64,000 nucleotides of DNA from Podarcis tiliguerta (lineage: Eukaryota). The notes below the pieces were generated by a model, which saw nothing but the letters and a program-made list of their open reading frames with translations, made no database searches and had not been told where the DNA came from. Positions 50,262 through 63,215 of this stretch are shown here, piece by piece. The stretch lies in assembly GCA_965153285.1 (NCBI GenBank), contig OZ229112.1. The stretch is one strand, 5' to 3'. A program made the translations under genes and the position numbers. Positions within the stretch are counted from its first letter, which is position 1, and the number at the start of each line of letters is the position of its first letter.

Positions 50262-51779
50262 GTATTAACAGTTACTAATTAATGCGTATCATTGCTATCA
50301 ACAGATCTGAGATGCAACTGAGGAACAAATATGGCCTTTAACTTGTGAGAACATTATTCTCTGTCTGCTGCTGCTTTGATGAAAACTAAAACACAAAGTG
50401 TTGTATCCAGTTGTACCCTTCTACTCAAGGAAAGCTTTTTCATTCAGTGGAGGCTTCCACAAATGGAACAGGAGGTGATTTCTGCTGATTCACTATTACT
50501 CATTTGATTAGAGACCCTTTGGGAAAGCATGGGAGGTAACAAGGAGACAAGTGATACAGAAATTATCTCCTGCCTTCCTGTTCACGGAAGCTTGTGCTAA
50601 CACAAAGGGCCTGCCAAGAGTGGAAGGACGCAAATGGAAATAGCCCGCTATAGTTTCTAGCCAACAGACAACAGAGGCTTCAGTTCAAGCGAACTCCTAT
50701 AAAAATTAGTCTATATTTTAATCTACTTTAAATCCTGCAAAGAAGGAATCCAACATTAATTTAAAAACTGGTGTAGAGAAAAATGCCTCTTTGGGCTCAT
50801 TAAGGTTATTAATTTGGACAGTTGGATTCCGCTTAACTGGGAAGAAATATCTTGATTATTCAACAACCTCTTGCTAACTATGCTTCATTCACTTTGGTGA
50901 CTGAATTTAACAATTTTCTAACCTGTCCTCTGAGAGATTTCTTTAAGTGAGACAAGATTATTTTTCTTTCTTTTTTCTCCAGGATCAAAAGAGTGAGATC
51001 TTAAGAAAATGCAGAAAATGTAAAATTTAACTTCTCGTAATTGCTCGGAGAAGAGATATATCTTTTAGAATTACTACGAGGACCAAAAGATTGTTAGAAA
51101 AAAAATATAATTTCATATCGGTATCTATAATAAATGCATATGCTGCAATAACTTTCATATGGTATCATGAACATTTAGTCAAACAAGGACGCTAACTGAA
51201 GACATTTGGGTAACCTTGTATTGCCCTAGAACTCAATTTTCTTTCATAGGGTTCAAAGTACTTTTCTGCACATTCTTGACTGAGGTTCCTATTTTATGTT
51301 TAGCCATTCATGTCTCAGTCCTTGAGCTGAGATTGCATACTTTGGTCGGGGGTTTGATTCATTTATACCTTTTCATAGCCATACAACTTTTCATATATTT
51401 GTGTGCAGCGTGAAAGTGTCTGAAAAGTTCTGATGTTGTATAGCTGTCAGACTTCACAATAATTTCATAATCTTTTAAGCAAAATGATATTGTTCTATTG
51501 TTGTACATAATCATATTCCAAAAATACTCAAATCTTCAGGTTTTGATGTCTGGATTTTATTCAACCATGTTCCATGAATTGTCAAAAATGCTGCTCAAAA
51601 TTGTTAGCTTATTTCATTTGCAAATTGCTAGCATTTATAAGCTGTATTACAAGCTTGCTAAAATTGCTTTGCTTTAGTCAAGTTCATCTTTAAAGCTAAG
51701 CCTCTGCTTACTTCAATTTAATTCTTGGATGTGTTCCACACTAGACATAATGTTGTTGTTGCTGATGTTGTTGTTTTAA

Positions 51780-52600
51780 ATCAGCTGGGTTAAGCAGATG
51801 TCATCATTAAAAGTATCACTGACATGACTATTCAGAATTTGAATTTGCAGAATTTAATTAATGTGCAATGCAGCAAGATGTAAATGTCAAAGTTCTTACT
51901 ACATTCACTTACTTTGTCACTGATTCAACTATATAAAATTTTGTGCTTGTGTGTTATCATTCTACATGTACTGAAGTATAAACATCAGTACATCTGATTT
52001 GTATGGATTCTCTAATGACTAATTAATTTACATTGCTGTACAATTTACAGACTACTGAAAAGTGAATTCATGAATTGAAAGATTCTGGATCAACTCCTTG
52101 GGGCAGGGAGATTACTTTTCACCAAAATAGAATCATTTATCTTCTTCCAATACCAGTATGAAGAATTTTTGAGATACTTTATTCACTTGCAATAATCCTC
52201 TTTTAATGTTATTTTCTTTATGTCTCTGTTGCAGCATTCTAGTACACTGGGTTAGATTCCCTTAATTTCCTTTCCCCACATATGACATTATACTTGCTAC
52301 ATTATAATGGATGAACTGTAAATATAATGGTAATACATTTTCATTGAATCTTGGGAATAATGAATGGGCATCTTAGAAATGGATGAAAGTACTGTAATTG
52401 CTTCTAAGCCTGCTTTTCCCTTAGTGGATTGTATCTGAATTGCTTGAAGTGTGTTGGTTAGTATTTTTGTGAAAATCTTATATATAACTGGTAAATGACT
52501 TATTGATCTAAACTTCTGAAAGTGACTTTTGTTCCATTCCTTGAACAAAAGTATGATGGCACAATTCAATTTTTTGAACTATTTTTTGCTTAATGCATTT
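51780..52600 (-). mobile_element. Ancient RTE-clade LINE reverse-transcriptase relic
   Basis: Degenerate RT motifs in the correct order on the minus strand: IILLFK..FRSISHLPVIYKIFTKIL (52.5 kb), IKRGLLQ..SQK (52.2 kb), FNDDICL (~51.8 kb, YADD-equivalent). Confidence 0.6.
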
Positions 52601-54194
52601 TGGGAATGGCAACTGCCATGTCTCCAATATTCCATATGTCAAAAGCCAAGCAGGAAAAAGGCAGGTCAGGAAGGACCTTGAAGCATCACAGCTAGAACAA
52701 CATATGCATTAGGCACTTTATGGATAAAGCAAAGTTAAATTCAGATGCTGGTCATTCAAAAGTATATCACTTGCTGGCTCTAGCTACTTTGAATGTTAGA
52801 ATACAGGGCACCACCAAATACATATAAAGAATATATATAGTCCTGCTATAATCCCAGCAGAGCTGTCCCTAACTTACCTATCCCTAACTTACCTATGGCT
52901 GCAGTAGCATGGCTGTGGGGCTAAGTGCACACAGTGGTAGCACAATGTTTGCGGGGTTGCTGAAGTTGTTGTTGTTGTATTAATGTTGAATGGTCTGTGT
53001 AAAGGGACCAGTGGCCAGGTAAAAACAGTATTTTAAATTAATTGCAGAGTTTTCTGCACAACACAGAGTTCCTCCTGCTACCCATATGTCACACAAATCA
53101 GCTCTTAATGCAAGCCCAGACATTAAGTACAGTAGCAAAAATCACACTCAGACACTGAGAGGGAGAGACAGCTTGTTGCATTGCACACAGTACCACCTAA
53201 TAGCAGCCACATAACTTGCAATGTGACCTCCATGTTTCCTATTAACTAAACATGACCTCTGGTCCAGTTATGTGCTTCTAGCTGGAAAGAGAAGTATCAC
53301 AGCAATCCCATGCAAATGACATTATTGATTTAGCAGTTATCAAACATAACTTTTAGGGGGGAATGTTCATTGAACATTAGCGATCATTATTGTTACCAAC
53401 CATTTTATATTTCTGGCCACAGACCGTTTTGAAACACTTTGTGAACTTAAAATAATACAAAAAACTCCTTAAACAAGGTACACTTCCCTGCCTATGAATA
53501 ATATCCTTTAAAAAAAAATCACCCACAGAAACAGGGCAGACTCATGACACTTTAATTAGAGCATTTAATTTGAATATGTACTTAATTAAAATATAACTTG
53601 TTAATTCATTAGCCTTGGGTTATAACTGTGATACCAATTTTCAAGCATCTAATATGTCCTCCAGCACATAATTTATTTCATTACACTAAAGAAGTTTTTA
53701 GTGATTATGCCTTAAAATTATTGCAAACACATTTCTTGTTTGATACTGCAACAAATTAGAAGAAAGAAACGACTGATCAGATAGCCTGCTATACGACTAT
53801 GCAGAAATAGAAAAAGATAAACTGTGAACATGTACAGTTTTTGTCAAGGATTGTTAGATGGTTGTTGAATGTAGAGATTACCTTAATCAATTCTTCAGTT
53901 GTTTTCTTTGTAATACTGCAGTAAGGTTATGCTATGTTTAATATCACATAAAAAATCTGACATACTAATAGCAAACATTACAATATAAAACCACAAAACC
54001 ATACAGTCAATTCATAAAAAATTAAAAACAGGTTAAAAGCAAAATAATTAAAAACAAACCTCAATCATCAGCAGACCATTGTGGAGGATGTGCTCTTAAC
54101 TGCATGCATAGGAGGAACAGAAAAGTTTTCATTTTAAAATTTGACATGGAAGGCACCTGCAGAATATCTACTGGCAGGGTGTTCCACAGGTTGT

Positions 54195-54266
54195 AGAATC
54201 ACAGAACTGTAGAGTTGGAAGGGACCCCGAGGGTCATCTAATTCAACCCCCTGCAATGAAGGAATT
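54195..54266 (-). mobile_element. CR1 3' tail fragment
   Basis: agaatcacagaactgtagagttggaagggaccccgagggtcatctaattcaaccccctgcaatg. Confidence 0.75.
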
Positions 54267-54556
54267 CTGTCCACTGCCCACAGAACATTGCACCACCAAT
54301 GTTCTGATTAACAGCTAGACAAACAGCCAGACACACAGACCCATTGCGCCACTGGGTGATGACACTAAAGCCCCAGTTTCTCATTGTGGACAAGTGAACC
54401 TCACCAATTTGGGGAACGAATGTGTGTGTGTGTGCGCGCATGCACACACACACTTCTACACTCAGAGCATAGTTAAGTTGCAAGATGGGATGGTAGCTGG
54501 CAGCTGGAATATTTTATACAAGAATTAGACTATGATTACAAGCTGAAACCTCCATG

Positions 54557-54728
54557 CTCAGAGGCAGTATACTTGTAAGTACCAGAAGCTGGGGACAAAA
54601 CCAAGGAGGGTGTCTATTGCCTTTATGTTATAATTGTGAGCTTCTGAGAAACATTTGAATGGTCCACGTTGGAAACAGAATGCTGGACCCTTGGTGTGAT
54701 TCAGCAAGGCAGTGCTTACATTCTGATG
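54557..54728 (+). mobile_element. Old CR1-type 3' end
   Basis: Similar to 13086-13230 (cagaatgctggacccttggtgtgattcagcaaggc). Confidence 0.5.
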
Positions 54729-55905
54729 CCTGCCCAGCAAATTGCTTCACAGCAAGGAAGCAATGCACCAATCAACGTTTTTTTGTACATTCCTAGGAAA
54801 CCAGAGGTGAATTGCACTTATCTTTTTGAACAGCAGTAGTTTAATGCAGCTATAATGTCTGTAGTAAAGCCCTTCACTTTGCCACAACAGTGGGAAGCAA
54901 ACTATTGCTATCCCTTTCGGCTTTGTTCTCAGGCCGAGAACAAAACAGTGAATATTTCATTTTCTGACTTGGGGGAATATGGGCCAGACTCCCTTTCTAA
55001 AGAGGAATTCTAATCCCATCTAGCTCATGAAGAAAGAGGTAGTATGACTCTGTCTCTCTCAAACAACAGCAGTGGCAAACTCTTTGTTGTTCTTGCAGCA
55101 TTAATTTAAAGATGCACTGCTAGTACTAATTATGTAGTCTTGTCCATACTATGGCCCCTGCTTACACTCTCAACCCTGGTCAAATGCATCAGCAGCTGTA
55201 ATTCCAGCAATAAAGTGCCAGTCCAAATGTCCTATATGAATGATGAAGAGTTCAAGGATAGGCAAAAGGCACCTGCTCTAGGCAGCAGAAAAGTTGCCAT
55301 GAAATGGTGAGAATCATAGTGGCCTCGTCAGTGATAATGGATTCTCTTGCTAATTGTGCTTTCACAAGTCTGAAAGTGCAAAGTAGGATGCTACTGTCAT
55401 TGTTTTATGAACTCGGGGGGGGGGGGAGAGAAGAACGAGGGACAACAGCCTTTCCATGCTTTTCCCTGATATCCGCAAAAATGAATTTAACACATAATCC
55501 TGGGGGACCACTCCAACATCAGGACAACACAGACTAAGACTCTCGAGAGGCTAAATGATGATGCTGTCTCCTAAAAACTACTGCACTTTGGGTTGCCTGG
55601 TAGCAGTGCTGGCATAAAACATTTTGCTGTCTGAAGCACAGCCCAAATGGTGCCCCTGCCACTTTAAAAAGGCTTGCTACACTATTCAGAAACCAATTTC
55701 TTCCTTCATCTCTACCCCGCCATGATCTTGTGTGGAAAGGCCAACCCTTCCTAATAATAAAGATAGTATTGTATCTAAGTGAATGGATTCATTTGATAAC
55801 CAAGTCAACATTCCTGCCCAGTTTCTCCTTTACTAAGCTACACTTAAAAGAGCATTTGGAAATTATCATTGCCCGAGAGAATCGGGTCTGAATATCTACT
55901 GCTGT

Positions 55906-55988
55906 GAAGACAGGAGTGCCTGGCGTGCTCTGGTCCATGGGGTCACGAAGAGTCGGACACGACTGAACGACTAGACAACAACAACAAC
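55906..55988 (+). mobile_element. Bov-B LINE, extreme 5' truncation (83 bp)
   Basis: Nearly identical to the last ~80 bp of 21068-21422; 12-bp TSD atctactgctgt at 55894-55905 and 55989-56000. Confidence 0.93.
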
Positions 55989-57357
55989 ATCTACTGCTGT
56001 ATAATACAACACTATGACTGTAGACTTCAACAATATAGAAGCAGTTATGGTATCACATTTCTCTTACATGCCTTTAGAAGAGACACAATGTGGCTGATTA
56101 AAATCTGTTGTATGTACGAACACCAGGAGAGCATAGGGTGATTAAAAAATATAAGCAGTATGAGATTAAAGTGATCTGGGAAGTCATTCTTCCGCTAATA
56201 GTGTCACATCAGAATAGACAGTTTTGCACCAGCGCAAATGAAAACATCAAACACACATTGATTTTCCTGATGGTCACATTGTCAATTTCATTTGGTTTGC
56301 TACCTGCCAAACTGCTTTCTTTCTTTGTAGCCCTTGAGTAAAAGGAAGGGGGATGATTGCTGATAGGACAGAGACCAAGCCATTCATTATGTTTCTAATT
56401 GGGACAGGTCTTTGGATTCACCTCCAAGGTAGAATCGAAAAATTTATCAAAGCTCCATAGGTAGCACTGAAGAGAAATTTACTTCCTGACAAGCAGCAAG
56501 CAGCTCTTTCAAGACTGATGCTTCCGTGTGCGGTTTAAAGATTAGAGTGCAACAAGCTCAGACACTTGTAGATGGCAGCCTTTGTAGCTGGGGGAGAAAA
56601 GGCTATCAGGTCTGAAGCACACTGCGATAACAAGATGTCGCCCCAATGCTACCAGTTACCTGCCAGGCATTCTTCCTTTTTGGAGAAGAGGTAGCTGTTT
56701 TAACTGAAAGAGGAGGGGCCATTTGTTTTCCTCCTGGCTGCCAATCTACCACATTTTGAAGCTTATAACACTGCATGTTTCCCCTTGGGTCCATAGTAAT
56801 GTGAATTGTCTTTATCCAAGTGCCTAACAAATCATTGTCACAGAGCAGCAGCCGACCTTTCTTTTCAATCTATGCACTTTTCAGGAGTTATAAATCAGTT
56901 GACTTTCAAGCTCGATGAGATGGCATATGCCCCGGTTTGAAGAACAGATGGAGGCTTGGGGGGAAATTGTTTCTGCAGGCTTGCTACAAGCAGCACAGCT
57001 CCATAAAAGTGAACCATTTGCACTAATTTCTCACATAAATTATACAGGCAGAGAGCACCAGCCCATTCAGCAGAAGAAAAAAAACATCTATTTTTCAGAG
57101 GTCATTTAACAAATTTAAATTAAAGCTATTTCTGATACAGGAGGTTTTCACTCTGTGCAGTTTCAAGAAATGACAATTTGCATCAGATAAGAGGATAGAT
57201 TTGAATTCTGTAAACAAGAAACAAAACCACAGAATCGGCTTCTAAAACACTGCAATTTCTCTACAATCCTAGTTAAACCACATGTATTGATGAATACAGA
57301 AGAATTAATAATTGAGAAATTGTTGCTGTTCACTACTAAAGTCAGGTAAACTATCCA

Positions 57358-57489
57358 NNNNNNNNNNNNNNNNNNNNNNNNNNNNNNNNNNNNNNNNNNN
57401 NNNNNNNNNNNNNNNNNNNNNNNNNNNNNNNNNNNNNNNNNNNNNNNNNNNNNNNNNNNNNNNNNNNNNNNNNNNNNNNNNNNNNNNNN
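57358..57489. other. Assembly gap (132 N)
   Basis: Run of N. Confidence 1.
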
Positions 57490-58085
57490 ACTTTTAACAG
57501 AGTCCATTATTAAAAGAAAAAGAAATATAGGCATTTCCAAGGCAACATCCTTTGTTCTTTAGGAGAAACAAATTATTCAACTGTTAAATCAATGCATGTG
57601 TCACTTTTTTAACAAATATGGTACTTTACTTAAGGAGGTAGGAAAGACATTTCATTCAGTGTTTTGAATTATAAATATGAAAGAACGGGAAAGAACGAAC
57701 AGTGTCTTGCAACTATGCATGCTTCCTTGAGGTCTTCCCCCTGTGGCTGCCCCTGTTGAAGGGCTCCTGATGGGCCTGGGGCAAGCAGGGAGGGCTACAG
57801 GTAGACCCAGGGCCTCTCCCAGTCAGACGAGCCACCCAGAGGGAAATGGGAGCATCCCAGGGGGGGGGGGAACATGAGCAGTCCCCCTTCCTCCCTTTTA
57901 TGGCTTACCAGGTTTCAGGGAGTACTGGAACCGCTGGAGCCAACTTTTTAGGTCCCTTAAACCTCCGCAACCAGGGTGACTAACTGCTGGGTTCAGGAAA
58001 CAAGTCCCCCTGTATGGGCAGCCTGAGTTCCCAATCATTTTCCTGATGAAACTAAAGAGATCCATCTCCAAAAACAGCTCTGCTT

Positions 58086-58317
58086 TCATAGAATCATAGA
58101 ATCATAGAGTTGGAAGAGACCACAAGGGCCATCGAGTCCAACCCCCTGCCAAGCAGGAAACACCATCAGAGCACTCCTGACATATGGTTGTCAAGCCTCT
58201 GCTTAAAGACCTCCAAAGAAGGAGACTCCACCACACTCCTTGGCAGCAAATTCCACTGTCGAACAGCTCTTACTGTCAGGAAGTTCTTCCTAATGTTTAG
58301 GTGGAATCTTCTTTCCA
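58086..58317 (-). mobile_element. CR1 LINE 3' end, relatively young
   Basis: (TTCTATGA)n tail; open peptide ERRFHLNIRKNFLTVRAVRQWNLLPRSVVESPSLEVFKQRLDNHMSGVL is the CR1 ORF2 C-terminus. Confidence 0.92.
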
Positions 58318-58814
58318 CCTTGCTGAAGTCCTTTCCAAGGCGTTCCCCTCCACTTAGAACATCCAAAAGCCGGTGGGCCCTCAAAAGCCCCAAACTAAAA
58401 GCCAAGAAAAATTGGATGCCAAGAAGAAGAAAGGGGGGATTTATGGGGCCGGTAGAGAATGAAAAGCTGGCAGGAGCAGCGGAAGGAAAGCTAGGAATAA
58501 ACAAATAAAGAATAAATCCCTTTCAATATGGTGTTCCCTCCTCTTTTGCCATCCCTTCAATGTAACATGCAGTGGAGCTGGCAGGAAATAGAACTTGAGG
58601 GGGTTGTCTCAGCCCCCAAGGTGCATTCTCTAAAAGAGATAACTTCCTGACAGTGAAGAAATGGGCGAAGACAACCCATATCATATCATGGATCACATTC
58701 ATCCCTACAGGAGAAGAGAAAGTTCTATGAGCCTCAGACAGCAAAAATGATGGTGATGTGATGAATAGTTATTTTTTATTTTTTAAAACCCTCCTGTGAT
58801 CATTAGTGCCAAGC

Positions 58815-58826
58815 ATAAAATAATAA

Positions 58827-58865
<39 letters not shown>

Positions 58866-58968
58866 CATTTATACCCCGACCATCTGGCTGGGTTTCCCCA
58901 ACCACTCTGGGTGGCTTCCAACAAAATTTTAAAAATAATTAAAACATCAGTCATTAAAAACTTCCCTA
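58815..58968 (-). mobile_element. L2 3' tail with (TAT)n microsatellite
   Basis: (AAT)n followed by tttataccccgaccatctggctgggtttccccaaccactctgggtggcttcc; homologous to 38021-38140. Confidence 0.85.
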
Positions 58969-61900
58969 ATTACTCTCAATTCTATAGATATTATAGATTT
59001 TTTTCAGTTATGTCAGAAATATTCAGTTTGATGGATTGTTCCCTCTTTCATTATATAACAATATTTCTGGGACATATAATGAAACATCCACTCAGAGAAT
59101 CGCCACCATCATCTGAGGAAGATAAAAACTATGAATGGTTTATCTATTGACCTTAACATTATATATGGGAAAAGATAATATTTCCAGGAACCGAAGCAAT
59201 TAAGGGTCTTAACAGCTAAAGTCAAGCCTACAAATGGGGCCTTCCTACATTCATTATACATTTAAAAAAAACCAATGATGCACTCTTATCCACATATAAT
59301 TGCAACATGCACTTTTAACATGAATCTTTATTGTGCATATTTGCTGATTTGCTTCATTTATTTATTTGCCAATTTGTTTTTTAACTTTAATTTCATTAGA
59401 ATTTTTATAGAATATTTTATATTTATATAAAAACTGCTTAAATTGTTTTTGTTGATTATACATCTTGTCAAATAATATAGATAAATAAAATCTAAATTTG
59501 GCCCTTAGTTATCTTATTCAAAGGTGGATTGATAATTCATCCGCACTGAATCACTGTCGTTTGATTTTGCAAGACAAAAAAGAAAATAAATTGATTTTAC
59601 AATACAAATTACAGAAGTTAGGGAACTAGCCAGTTTATGTGCTAAAGTAATTTTGGTATGCGTGAAAGAAAAAAAGATACAGCAAAGAAACACCGGGACA
59701 TTGCAACAATTGTTCATAGAGCAACTGCAGAGAATTTTGTTTGCATGGACTGACACTATCAAGCACCCTCTTTTCAGATCTGCTTATGTGTGTTTGCTTA
59801 CACAAGGCAGCATCTCTGAGGCAGCAGCTCTGAGGCAGCATCAGCTAAAGGCAGAGGAAATGATACATTGTGTTCCAAGGTGAAGAAACTGTATTTATTC
59901 TAGCATTCCCTTCCTGTTGCATTACAAGTCTTGTATCTCTGTTCCTGTGGATCACAGCCTGTTTTTATTATATCTGAAAAGGTAAGAAAATACTGCTGCT
60001 GAGTAAGAGCACTGCTTCATTGCTTTCCTTTTTCAAAAGACTTCTGATCTGTAAGCCTTTCAACAGCATTTTTTTGGGAATTCAATTCCAGCACTATAAA
60101 TCTCTACTCATGTGTAAGTCTAATTGAGTTCAATGGGGTTTACTCCTGGGCAAGTGGTTATAGGATAGCAGACTTTGGTTGCAATATCCTAAACTCAGAT
60201 CTGTTTACTGGGGCTAACTCCAGGTAAGTAACTATAACCTAAAGGGTTAAACCAGACACCACAGGAGAAGTTTTGAGAACACTGGAAAACAGACGTTAAC
60301 TTTCTATATATATTCGTGTTCAATTATGACATTAAGTGGAAATTTGCAAGGGAAACAACATAATTTATCTAAAACCAAATTAATTAATAGCTAATTCATA
60401 TTGTGCGGGGGAAACCACATTAGAATAAAATCAGTTCGCTTTTAAGGGGGCACAAGACTCTGGTTTTTGTTCAACTAAATATTCATTTCAGGAGCTTTCA
60501 AGTTATTTTATATTGGAAACAGGGTTCATAAATAATTGAACAACAGTGGAAAGTTATAAGAATCAATAGATAGTGATTTTCAAAAAATTGATCAACACAT
60601 ACAAAAGCACTTACAAAAGTAAAAAAGAATTAATTAGAAGCATTTTACTTTGAACTAAATGGAAGAGCATGCCCTTTGGCTGTATTTACAGCCAAAGGGT
60701 GAGGGAGAGAACCCCACCGCCTTTCAACTCTATAAAATGTCCCACTGATCAGCAAAAACATAAAGTTAATAAGGGAGGGATATTTGATGGTTTGTAGTCT
60801 TTCCTCAGAGCCACTCAACATCCTACCACCCTTGAATGAAAAGGTTTTTGTAGCCACGCTATTAGTAATGTTCATCTTCTTACAAAAAAATCACTGCAAG
60901 GGCTAGATGGCAGGTGGGCGGGGGGGGGGGGCACTGACTTACCAAGTGCAAAATGAATCATGAAATGCATCACATACAAACAGAATGAAAAAATAAAGGA
61001 CAATAACAAAATGGTGATATATTGCATAGTTTTGTGAATCCTGAAATATTTGTGGCAAACGTAGTATCATTTTCCTCCACCTACCCTGCTAGTCCTTCAT
61101 TTCATAAGACTAGCTTCTACAAATAAATGTGGTTGTGCAAATGCCGCTTATCCTACTGCTTACACAGAACTCTACACATCATGTCAGACTCTCTATAATG
61201 CCTAGATGATCACTGCACACATGTACCCATGCACTGGTCCAGCTGATGGTCCACAAATTTACACAGCAGCTTCCATTTTCAGAGCAGGTCTCACAGGCAA
61301 AACAAGTTATGTGCATTTATATTTCTGTAATGTGATTTATATTGGTTTTGGAGCTTTGTGGTTGCTGTTGCCTTTTTTAAAAAAAGCCAAACACTTTCTG
61401 TTGCTCTTTGCACCCTCCAGAATGCATGGCTGATCAGGCACATATTCCCACCTTCATGCCCACACACAAAAGACAAACCAATGTTCCCAAAATATGAAGG
61501 AACTGATAAGCTTAGATCAAGATTTACTGTGAGTGGAACTCTGCTCATAAGAGGGGAGACTATTTTTACTGATTCCTGCTATGCCCCCTGAAAATCTGCT
61601 CTGGAGGGTTTTCCTGGAGTGAAGGAGGTTGAATAGGGTGAAGACGCAGGTGGAAGTGAGAATTCCTCAGTTCCTCTAGTATGAGACTTTGCTAGCTTGA
61701 AGTTACTTTTTATTTGAACGCTGAAGCACAAGGAAAATTTATGCATGGCTCAAAAGCTTTTTTAAAGCATTCTAGGGTGATGGGATAGGGTAAATGCCAG
61801 AGAATACCTTGTCCCGCTGCTGCCTGTGAAAGGTTGCCCACTCATATACTGCCACTCTTAACACATTCTCCAGCCACTATACAATGGGCAACAAGAGATA

Positions 61901-62858
61901 CTCTTTTCATCATCAGTGCCCATAGGATCCAATTTCATTCCTCTTGGATGAGGTCCCGTAGGACCATAATATCTTTCTTGTTCTTTTAAAGACCAGAATA
62001 TATTTCAACATTACAGTAACATCCACAAAAATAAAAAAAAAATTCTCTAGAACTAGATTAATGCATGTGCAGACCTATGACTAGACTAGATTTACAACTG
62101 GACAGGACCACATCATGTGTACTTAAGGTGTTGGAGATGTGCCACAGTACCAGCATTTGTCCACACTTGAAACGTGTTTTTGGTAAAGTCAGTGAGGGGT
62201 CCAGTGCACACTGAATACAATTTTCTGTTGGGTAAAGTGCAGTTTAAAGTCCAAAGTAATGACTCACACTGAAGCTAAAGTTCCACTGTTGTTCCCTTAC
62301 TGTACATTTCAGGCACATGTTTGTATACACCTACGATTAACAACAGCATGTCACACCACAAAGCAAGGGCTTTTAGAAGGGAACTGTGTTAGAAACCAAC
62401 AGAAAGAAAAACCCAGCACTAGGAAACAAATTGCCCAGTCTAATAACACAACTCTCCTCACTGCATTGCACGGCAGCAACAATGGAATGAACAGAAAATG
62501 TGGCCATGTGGATAACACAGGTCTCCTCATTGTGTTGCTCCACAATGACAAGGGAAAGAACTCGGGAGAAAGAATGCTGTCCTACAAATCCCCTCACAGC
62601 CCTGCAGCCAGCCAGGGAAGGCAACAGAGGAGCAAGTAAACCTGTTAACATACACACAAAGCACACCCTGAAATAGGTGCATCAGATCAGCGAGGTCTCT
62701 GCTATCTCATTCTTCAGTCTAGATGTGCCCAGATTAGTTTGAGAGTTAGCAAACAGTCCTCTGCAGCTGACAGGTCTCTAAATGTCTTAAGCCTTCTCTT
62801 GTGACTCAGACAAAAGATACTGGGAGACAACAAAAGAGGTTTAAAGATGCTCTCAAGG

Positions 62859-63215
62859 TAAAGGTAAAGGTACCCCTGCCCATTCGGGCCAGACTTGCCA
62901 GACTCTAGGGTTGTGCGCTCATCTCACTCTATAGGCCGGGAGCCAGCGCTGTCCGCAGACACTTCCAGGTCACGTAGCCAGCGTGACAAGCTGCATCTGG
63001 CGAGCCAGCGCAGCACACGGAACGCCGTTTACCTTCCCGCTGGTAAGCAGTCCCTATTTATCTACTTGCACCTGGAGGTGCTTTCGAACTGCTAGGTCGG
63101 CAGGTGCTGGGACCGAACGACGGGAGCTCACCCCGCCGCGAGGATTCGAACCGCCGACCATGCGATCGGCAAGTCCTAGGCGCTGAGGTTTTACCCACAG
63201 CGCCACCCGCGTCCC
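62859..63215 (-). mobile_element. Sauria SINE, young CpG-rich copy
   Basis: Full head (gggacgcgggtggcgctgtggg on minus), B-box and ACCTTT tail; 16-bp TSD aaagatgctctcaagg at 62843-62858 and 63218-63233. Confidence 0.95.

Noticed and set aside
52099-52130. + strand GQGDYFSPK resembling the RT QG motif
   Set aside because: Very short, opposite in strand to the surrounding RTE relic (which has its own QG-equivalent), and followed by a stop; treated as chance.
41610-55604. Other X-box-like motifs (41610-41622, ~55293, 55592-55604)
   Set aside because: Each has mismatches and no supporting context; expected by chance in 64 kb.
57163-57540. ORFs spanning the N run
   Set aside because: Artefact of the assembly gap.
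2477-63215. All four Sauria SINEs on the same (PACRG-sense) strand
   Set aside because: Four of four is not significant (1 in 8 by chance); other retroelements occur in both orientations.
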